Made by a program: the position numbers and the translations under genes
Notes under the pieces: model-generated
Seen by the model: the letters and a program-made list of their open reading frames with translations, nothing else
Told to the model about the DNA's origin: nothing
Databases searched by the model: none
Shown: piece by piece, positions 57,950 to 64,000 of the stretch
Layout of the letters: each line of letters begins with the position of its first letter
Position numbering within the stretch: position 1 is the stretch's first letter
IMG/VR virus record: IMGVR_UViG_3300046318_000439
Span: 96,001-160,000 of that record
Direction: 5' to 3' (one strand)
Origin: a virus
Taxonomy: Duplodnaviria > Caudoviricetes
DNA: 64,000 nucleotides

Positions 57950-58040
57950 GATAGTTTGCTTCTACTGAAGGAGATCTATCAACTCCCACTCACATTTATT
58001 TTAACAGGTCGTGAGCTTGACAGACACAAGGCCTCCTGTT
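57950..58040 (-). ncRNA. Candidate tandem H-type pseudoknot RNA
   Basis: AACAGG/CCTGTT crossed with CTCAC/GTGAG; GGAG/CTCC crossed with GATAG/CTATC. Confidence 0.5.
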
Positions 58041-58042
58041 TT

Positions 58043-58126
58043 TGGTGGAGCATCCTGGGATCGAACCAGGCATGTCTAAGACGGCGGATTTACAATCCAC
58101 TGCATCACCATTGATGCTTCTGCTCC
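58043..58126 (-). tRNA. trnY: tRNA-Tyr(GTA)
   Basis: Cloverleaf, long variable arm, encoded CCA; one acceptor-stem mismatch. Confidence 0.9.
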
Positions 58127-58130
58127 AAAT

Positions 58131-58252
58131 TAGTGCTGGGTATGAAATCCAGCGACACTTTCTCGGAGTGTCCGATCCTCTTGCTTCAAACGCTGGTATG
58201 CTACCACAAGCCTCCCGTCGTCTATTGTTTATACTCGCTTCCGAACCCGAGT
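58131..58252 (-). ncRNA. Candidate structured RNA between tRNA-Asn and tRNA-Tyr
   Basis: ACTCG/CGAGT, TGGTA/TACCA and GACAC/GTGTC hairpins; loop-loop TCGGA/TCCGA complementarity. Confidence 0.5.
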
Positions 58253-58269
58253 TTTCTTAAACCACAATG

Positions 58270-58342
58270 CTCCGGGTCCTGGATTCGAACCAGGCTTCAC
58301 GGATTAACAGTCCGCCGCCTTCACCTAGATTGCTCACCCGGA
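58270..58342 (-). tRNA. trnN: tRNA-Asn(GTT)
   Basis: TCCGGGT/ACCCGGA acceptor, CTGTTAA loop, G discriminator; CCA not encoded. Confidence 0.88.
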
Positions 58343-58352
58343 GCATTATGGT

Positions 58353-58775
58353 CTATCCATACATTTTTAATCCTTTTGACTTCCGTCCATTGCCCATATT
58401 CTTGGCTCCGAAAGTTTCAGATTGACTGTCGCAGTTGGGGCATATCAAACGAAAATTCGAAGGGGCATTGTTTGAAGCATCCCCATCTATATGATCTACC
58501 CACAATCGAATTGGTTTATTGTTCCACTCCGTGATACTACATACAGTACATTTATTACTGAATCGCTTCACAAGAATTTCATAAATGTCTCTTCTCGTTG
58601 TAAGCTGGCCAGCATCAAATAGCTTTGTTTTCTCTTCCATTACCAAGACATGCTTTTGTTCTGCTTGACATTTATTACTACAATACTTGTGGTTGTAGCT
58701 ATGGCCTTTGAATTTAATGTCAACTCCACAACCACAACACTTATACACCTTATCTTTTACACCCTTATAATTCAT
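58353..58775 (-). mobile_element. Free-standing HNH homing endonuclease
   Basis: CxxC zinc motifs; VDHIDGDASNN...LICPNCD. Confidence 0.85.
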
Positions 58776-58807
58776 AAGTAGGACCTCCTATATGGTATAT
58801 AGGGTTT

Positions 58808-58830
58808 TCTACCGACTGAGCTATATGCCA
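58808..58830 (-). pseudogene. 5' remnant of a tRNA
   Basis: TGGCATATAGCTCAGTCGGTAGA = acceptor 5' strand plus D-arm, then ends abruptly. Confidence 0.55.
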
Positions 58831-58851
58831 ATATTACTACAACAAATTGTT

Positions 58852-58938
58852 TGGTGCTGACCATAGGATTCGAACCTACGTTGGGATTACTCCGCCTGAT
58901 TACAAGTCAGGTGCCTTCAACCGCTCAGCCAAGTCAGC
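58852..58938 (-). tRNA. trnT: tRNA-Thr(TGT) with a long variable arm
   Basis: GCTGACT/GGTCAGC acceptor; CCTGA-CTTGTAA-TCAGG anticodon arm; 15-nt variable region; CCA. Confidence 0.8.
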
Positions 58939-58945
58939 ATTATTC

Positions 58946-59023
58946 TGGAGCGGGTGGGGAGATTCGAACTCCTCACTTCAAGTTTGGAAGACTTACGTGC
59001 TAGCCGTTAAACACTACACCCGC
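58946..59023 (-). tRNA. trnG: tRNA-Gly(TCC)
   Basis: GCGGGTG/CACCCGC acceptor, CTTCCAA loop, T73, CCA. Confidence 0.9.
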
Positions 59024-59431
59024 TTTTGGAACTTCTAAATTATATTTGTGTATCTTCGCATGACAGTTTCTGCAAACCACAATACACTTCGAAAGTTCCT
59101 TTTTTATTTTTTCCAATGACGAATCTCTCAACAGTGAAGATATAGTATGTTCTTTTACAGAGGGATCGACGTGATGAAAATCTAAGCAAGCCTCCTCACT
59201 TTCTCCACACATACAACAACATAGAGTTGACTTCCACATACGGAAAGAATCTCGCTTTGCTGTAGCTCGAACAACATTCTCTCTTATTACCTTCTGTCTG
59301 TGTTTTTCGTAATATCTTTTCTTTATTTCTCGATCGCACACTCGACAATAATTTTTCTTGATGCCTTTTGTTTTATTCTTCCAGTTAAATTCTTCAGCTA
59401 ATTTTATTTCTTTACAAACCATACATTTCAT
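59000..59431 (-). mobile_element. Free-standing HNH endonuclease
   Basis: CxxC motifs; CLDFHHVDP...KCIVVCRNCHAKIH. Confidence 0.85.
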
Positions 59432-59500
59432 ATACTCCTCCTTCCTCTATTTATCGAAGTTTTGCCTTCGAAATCTAATTGAGGTTGGAATATATAAATT

Positions 59501-59529
59501 ATTATACCTATGTAGCGTTTTAACGTCAA
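59501..59529 (-). promoter_or_regulatory. Sigma70-type promoter inside the tRNA cluster
   Basis: TTGACG-17-TATAAT; a GATAAATA late box follows at 59448-59455. Confidence 0.7.
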
Positions 59530-59536
59530 CACCATA

Positions 59537-59653
59537 TGGGTACTCTCTGTGGTGCTTGAACCCACGATAGCCCTACTCTTCCTTGGCATAAAGTATGACT
59601 GGTCGACTTTGCAACTCTATGTTTTATTTCCAAGTGTAGCTACTCAGAGAGTA
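59537..59653 (-). ncRNA. 117-nt tRNA-like RNA
   Basis: 8-bp acceptor, T-arm and CCA, with a long irregular stem in place of the D and anticodon arms. Confidence 0.65.
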
Positions 59654-59659
59654 TTCATA

Positions 59660-59734
59660 TGGTACACCGTAGGAGAATCGAACTCCTCTTACCTGCGTGA
59701 AAGGCGGGTGTCCTAACCGATAGACGAACGGTGC
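59660..59734 (-). tRNA. trnE: tRNA-Glu(TTC)
   Basis: Canonical cloverleaf, CTTTCAC loop, CCA. Confidence 0.93.
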
Positions 59735-59736
59735 AA

Positions 59737-60204
59737 CTATAAATTTTCTACAAAGATAATTTCAACCCCAGCTTCATTAAACATCTGAAGTGATTCTTCT
59801 AGATTGTTGTGTGTTCTATTTAAATCTGGACGAGTTGTGACGACTGTTGTAATTCCCTTTTGGATAATGCCTTTAGCACATTCATTACACGGAAATAGCG
59901 TGCAGTATAACGTTGCACCTTTAATATCCATGTATGCATTATCCAATGCATTGCGCTCAGCGTGTGACACAAACTTATATTTGGTTTCTTTATCTTGATA
60001 GCGTTCTGCAATGTCTTCCACTCCTCGTGGAAAACCATTAAATCCTAAACTTAGGACTTGCTTGCTATCATTGACCACACATGCACCAACTTGCGTCGAA
60101 GGGTCCTTAGACCATTCTGACACGTGCTGAGCAAGCTGATAAAACCGTCTATGCCATTTATTAACCATCTTATCATTATACATATAATTCTCATGAAAGG
60201 TCAA
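59737..60204 (-). CDS. cd: dCMP deaminase
   Basis: SKDPSTQVGA, HAERNA and PCNEC motifs. Confidence 0.92.
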   Translation of the reverse strand: MTFHENYMYNDKMVNKWHRRFYQLAQHVSEWSKDPSTQVGACVVNDSKQVLSLGFNGFPRGVEDIAERYQDKETKYKFVSHAERNALDNAYMDIKGATLYCTLFPCNECAKGIIQKGITTVVTTRPDLNRTHNNLEESLQMFNEAGVEIIFVENL

Positions 60205-60210
60205 CAGTCT

Positions 60211-60618
60211 TTATTTTTTACGGCCTATATTGTATTTGGCTACTAATTCCCACTGATCCTTTTCTTTATAAGAAAGGACCTTGATTTGGGAGAGTGGTGC
60301 TACTGGTGCAGCACTTTTGCTTGAATCAATCAACTCTACAAGTCCCCACTCCGCCATTAAATTAGCGATAGTGTTTCTGCGAGATAAATCATCTTCTGAT
60401 ATATCAGTTGGTTTTCCGTCTAAAGCAAATAACTCTTTAAAATGAACGATGTAGTATCTACCCTGCTTGTGCAAGATATGACATGATTGGTATATTTTTT
60501 GATCTTTTTTGGAAGCGACGCCTATCCGCGTGAGAGTCTCACGAACTTTCAGAAAATCATCTTCATTAACTAATTTTACTTCGACTAAACTATCGAGCTG
60601 TATCATCCTCAACTCCAC
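60211..60618 (-). CDS. regA: Translational repressor RegA
   Basis: DFLKVRETLTRIGVAS...QSCHILHKQGRYYIVHFKELF. Confidence 0.97.
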   Translation of the reverse strand: MELRMIQLDSLVEVKLVNEDDFLKVRETLTRIGVASKKDQKIYQSCHILHKQGRYYIVHFKELFALDGKPTDISEDDLSRRNTIANLMAEWGLVELIDSSKSAAPVAPLSQIKVLSYKEKDQWELVAKYNIGRKK

Positions 60619-60991
60619 TTTGTAATGTTGTTTTTATCATGGATAGTTGTTCATATGACAGCAATGGTAAAACTTGTTTGGCCTTGTCAATACCGTACGA
60701 AAAGTATTCCATTACAAGTTGGAGATCGCTATCTTCCCTTTTTGCCCATTTAGAGAATCTCTTGCCTGGACGAATAGTATTTAGGAGATAGTGGAATTGG
60801 AGTTTATTGTCCAAAATATTATGTATATTCACGTGGTTAGCATACATTATAGTGTCTGGAAAATACGATAAAGCTCGATTGACAACGAACGGCACATAAG
60901 CCTTTTCGGCCAGCTCGTCGTTGTCTGTACCCGTCATTAAGTCTTTCTTAGACAGGTTTATTGCATTTACATACTCAAATGGGTTACTCAT
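60590..60991 (-). CDS. gp62: Clamp loader small subunit
   Basis: NPFEYVNAIN, YVPFVVNRALSYFPD and RFSKWAK; upstream of regA. Confidence 0.92.
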   Translation of the reverse strand: MSNPFEYVNAINLSKKDLMTGTDNDELAEKAYVPFVVNRALSYFPDTIMYANHVNIHNILDNKLQFHYLLNTIRPGKRFSKWAKREDSDLQLVMEYFSYGIDKAKQVLPLLSYEQLSMIKTTLQSGVEDDTAR

Positions 60992-61793
60992 ATCATCCTA
61001 ACAAGACCAATAGTGTCGATTGTAGTTAGCAAAATGTAGTTAGCCAGCATGCCAAACGATTTCCTAGTATAAGCAGCCCAAGCGTACATAGCGCAACCAA
61101 TAATCCAGATAGGATACAGAATGAGCAACGGAGGGTTGGGGACAGTAAGAGCCATGGCGATCGAACAGCCAATAGAAATAGCCCAAGCAAGCAACTCAAT
61201 AATAAAACGAAACTTACCGCTATTCCAGTCATCCTTTATCCATCCAAACGTGTTTAAAAATATGTCATTCATAATCATTAATATCAATATTTGTGTCTAA
61301 AAATATAGGAGTGTACTCTCCAACATACGATCCGACAACGTTATAATCCATGTGCTCAATTGCTTCTTCCTCTGTCATTTCATCACGGACAATAAGAATA
61401 TCCACACACTTGTTGTAATCGTATATGGCAAGCAACTTTGTATGTTGATGGCCAAAGCCAATCAACGCATCTTCAAAACCATCTGCTAATAGTGTATCAG
61501 TCATTCCAATTAAATCCCATAATTTTGTATGCTAGTTTACGATACCAAGGCATTGGTCCACCCTTGATTGTTAACCCATCACTATTGAGGGTTACTCTTG
61601 ATGTTATTGCAATCGCAGGAGGGTCTGCTATGTACACAGTTCCAGTAGGAAAAGGTCCATGCCGTCCAGCGATACCTTGCGCTCTTAACCAGTATTGGTG
61701 AGGAGAACATTGACTGAAATCTAAGTCTAAAGGTATTTGTTCAGTAAGAGGAAAAAAGAATTCAATTTCAGTTTGTTTCACTTGCGCCCCCAT
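60988..61793 (-). other. Three small ORFs (60988-61287 membrane, 61265-61504, 61497-61793)
   Basis: ORF track; ADGFEDALIG...YVGEYTP in the middle ORF. Confidence 0.55.
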
Positions 61794-62023
61794 TTAACTC
61801 TGCTCCATACACGTTCATGCATCCAATAAACAAAGGGCTTAATAACCATTTCCGTTGCTCCGATAGCCAAGGAAACTATAAACTTACCAGTAATAACGTA
61901 GGAAATAATAATAGTGGTTAGAGTACCGCAACACCTATAGCTGTATGCTTTAACTAAACTACGGAGGGCAGTTTCACTGCTATTTAAATTCCACTTATCA
62001 ATAAATTTAATAAACCAACTCAT
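61778..62023 (-). CDS. DUF2061-like membrane protein
   Basis: RSLVKAYSYR...YWMHERVW. Confidence 0.75.
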   Translation of the reverse strand: MSWFIKFIDKWNLNSSETALRSLVKAYSYRCCGTLTTIIISYVITGKFIVSLAIGATEMVIKPFVYWMHERVWSRVKWGRK

Positions 62024-62025
62024 GA

Positions 62026-62865
62026 TTATTTCAAACCCATCTCTTTGCGAATTTTTGTAGCAGAAATGTTATGTGTTGCTTCGTCAAATACTTCTTGCTC
62101 AATCGTATATCCTACACCACGACCATAGCCAATATGCACAATGTTAGGTACTACTTGGATTTCGTATTGTCCTTGATAGATAGGATCTAAGTCTCTACGA
62201 ATGAATGCCTTAACTTTTTCTACTTCAAATGGATTACTGCCCTGCCAGCCTTGTACATCGCGTATTTGTATTACCACTTGCCCTGTACGTTGTATTAATC
62301 GGTCAAATAAGGCTCGATGCCCATCATGCCATGGTTGCCAGCGACCTAACATCTGTACTGTTTCTTTTTTCCAATCAAATGTTGGACGACGTCGATTTTC
62401 AATAATATGGTTTCCGATAAACTCAGCCCACTTTTCTGCGTTCTGTTCCGTCACCCTGAAGTCGTATACCTCAGGCTCCACAAAGGCTGCATTGGTATCA
62501 GCATAGCGACCTTCACGAATAGTATCAACCCAGATAGTCCAATCCGCCTTAAAGTTATTACGCATTTCAACTAAGGGAGCAACAAAGTCGCAGATAACAT
62601 AATCTCCGCCTGCCTCCAACGAGAATTGGAACATGCGAATGCTTTGACGGATCCGACCCTCATTACTGAAATCCCAGTCATTAAACTTACGACGGACATC
62701 GTCAGCATTGAACCAAGTTACTTGGGCATTAAGCCCTGTAAGTGGTAGAGATTCAGCACGGTATGAACTGATTGTTCCGTGTGCCTCCAAATACTTCTTA
62801 AGTGCGCTTGCCAACATTGTTTTACCAGCGCCAGGTAAGCCCATAATTAAAATACGTTTACTCAT
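62026..62865 (-). CDS. APS-kinase-like P-loop kinase fused to an HxGH nucleotidyltransferase
   Basis: GLPGAGKT, NADDVR and CDFVAP; LGRWQPWHDGH and ISATKIR. Confidence 0.8.
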   Translation of the reverse strand: MSKRILIMGLPGAGKTMLASALKKYLEAHGTISSYRAESLPLTGLNAQVTWFNADDVRRKFNDWDFSNEGRIRQSIRMFQFSLEAGGDYVICDFVAPLVEMRNNFKADWTIWVDTIREGRYADTNAAFVEPEVYDFRVTEQNAEKWAEFIGNHIIENRRRPTFDWKKETVQMLGRWQPWHDGHRALFDRLIQRTGQVVIQIRDVQGWQGSNPFEVEKVKAFIRRDLDPIYQGQYEIQVVPNIVHIGYGRGVGYTIEQEVFDEATHNISATKIRKEMGLK

Positions 62866-62877
62866 CTCTGCATCCCT

Positions 62878-63819
62878 TTACTTAAATTCACATTCAACCA
62901 TTACTTCAGTTAAAAAGGCAACCATGTTAATTTCACTATCCGCTACAAACGCTTGCTTGTATTGGTATTCTGCAATTAACAATACTAACTGTGGGATTGC
63001 AGAAGGCTTAAAATACTCAATAGACGAGTCATAAAACTTTCTAAACAACACTACTGGATCTGTATCTAAATTCTCTCCTACCCACTTACGCACGTGTGTA
63101 AAGTCTTTTGTTTTCAGATAACCAATTAAGTCTTTAATCGACGTATCCTGCACGTTAACAAGAATACCAGAATCAATCGTACCAGTAGCACTGTAACGCT
63201 GAAGTTCATTAAGTGTACGGCGGAAATCAGGGAAATGCTTTTCTACAACAGCAGCAACTACTTTAGGCTCGAATGTAACGCCTTCATCCGTTAAAATGGT
63301 AGTTACACGCTTATAGAAGCCTGCTGCTAGTTTTGGTTTTTCTTTTGTAGGAATCCTAAACTCTATTACACTACAACGACTGTGTAAAGGTTCAATGATA
63401 CGATTCTTAAAGTTGCATGTTAGAATGAATCCACAATTCTTACTAAACTCCTCCATGAAGTTACGTAGAGCTGGTTGTGTAGAGTTTGGATTTAAATAGT
63501 CTGCCTCATCGAGGATCACATACTTACGACCGCCTGTCAAGGAAACGCTAGAAGCAAAGTTTGAAATGTCGTTACGGAGTGTATCAATATTACCATTCAT
63601 ACTACCGTTGATAATAATGTAATCGCATCCTAACTCTTCGAGCATAGCTCTAGCTACAGTCGTTTTACCTGTACCAGCTTTGCCGGATAGAAGTAAATTA
63701 GGAACTAGTTGATCGTTTATAAACTGCTGGAAAGTTTGCTTAAGTTCGGCCGGTAGAATAGTTTCTTCAATAGTCTTCGGACGATACTTCTCTACCCACA
63801 AGAAGTGGTCATTCATCAT
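62878..63819 (-). CDS. gp44: Clamp loader large subunit
   Basis: WVEKYRP, GKAGTGKT, LDEAD and SRC motifs. Confidence 0.97.
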   Translation of the reverse strand: MMNDHFLWVEKYRPKTIEETILPAELKQTFQQFINDQLVPNLLLSGKAGTGKTTVARAMLEELGCDYIIINGSMNGNIDTLRNDISNFASSVSLTGGRKYVILDEADYLNPNSTQPALRNFMEEFSKNCGFILTCNFKNRIIEPLHSRCSVIEFRIPTKEKPKLAAGFYKRVTTILTDEGVTFEPKVVAAVVEKHFPDFRRTLNELQRYSATGTIDSGILVNVQDTSIKDLIGYLKTKDFTHVRKWVGENLDTDPVVLFRKFYDSSIEYFKPSAIPQLVLLIAEYQYKQAFVADSEINMVAFLTEVMVECEFK

Positions 63820-63838
63820 ATAAAACTCCTCAATTAGA

Positions 63839-63979
63839 CTAAGAGTTTATTTGTGCTTTTAGTCTTTCAATTTGCTGACGTAATTCATTAACAACGTCAG
63901 TATCATAATTACTACTAGATATCAACGAGGCAATCGCTTCTTCTAATTCATAGATTTCATCAATTACCTGTTGATTCAT
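63839..63979 (-). CDS. Small coiled-coil hypothetical protein (46 aa)
   Basis: MNQQVIDEIYELEE...; TATAAT directly upstream. Confidence 0.45.
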   Translation of the reverse strand: MNQQVIDEIYELEEAIASLISSSNYDTDVVNELRQQIERLKAQINS

Positions 63980-64000
63980 TATATCACTCTTTTGATTGTT

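Noticed and set aside
57950-58040. Definite preQ1 or SAM-II riboswitch
   Set aside because: The topology is similar but the ligand-binding nucleotides do not match by eye
58131-58252. Definite pistol ribozyme
   Set aside because: The P1 loop is 10 nt, and the UAAG-pseudoknot-GCG arrangement could not be fitted
59537-59653. tmRNA
   Set aside because: No G3-U70 alanine pair, no tag reading frame, and far too short
57950-59734. Theta (HDV-like) ribozymes after tRNA 3' ends
   Set aside because: No trailer shows the HDV P1-P2-P3-P1.1-P4 order starting at the tRNA end; the pseudoknots seen are H-type
1-64000. Stop-codon reassignment
   Set aside because: Core genes are full length in the standard code and no suppressor tRNA was seen
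1-64000. CRISPR array or integrase/transposase
   Set aside because: No regularly spaced repeats or recombinase motifs; the Cas4-like gene is a common solitary phage exonuclease

Overview
The window is 64 kb of a T4-like myovirus genome, mostly minus-strand and densely coding in the standard code. The host is probably a freshwater betaproteobacterium, inferred from the style of the ahpC/ahpD/iscU/iscA/erpA genes. It carries the T4 replication and nucleotide core (gp30, rnh, nrdA/B, thyX, gp61, gp41, uvsX, gp43, cd, regA, gp62, gp44), a lysis cassette, late head-associated genes, redox/Fe-S auxiliary genes, dps, hsp20, phoH and queD. There is one isolated tRNA plus a five-tRNA cluster with two HNH endonucleases. 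The most notable signals are: (1) the tRNA cluster also holds a tRNA-Thr with a long variable arm, a 117-nt tRNA-like RNA and two further structured RNAs; (2) Glu-punctuated modular proteins look like prohead-protease-cut polyproteins, one carrying an HxGH nucleotidyltransferase; (3) an adhesin/T1SS-substrate-like gene converges on a secreted three-gene cassette; (4) a 1.56-kb foreign block bounded by near-identical 11-mers could be a real insertion or an assembly chimera. All calls come from reading motifs by eye; no database search or folding program was run.
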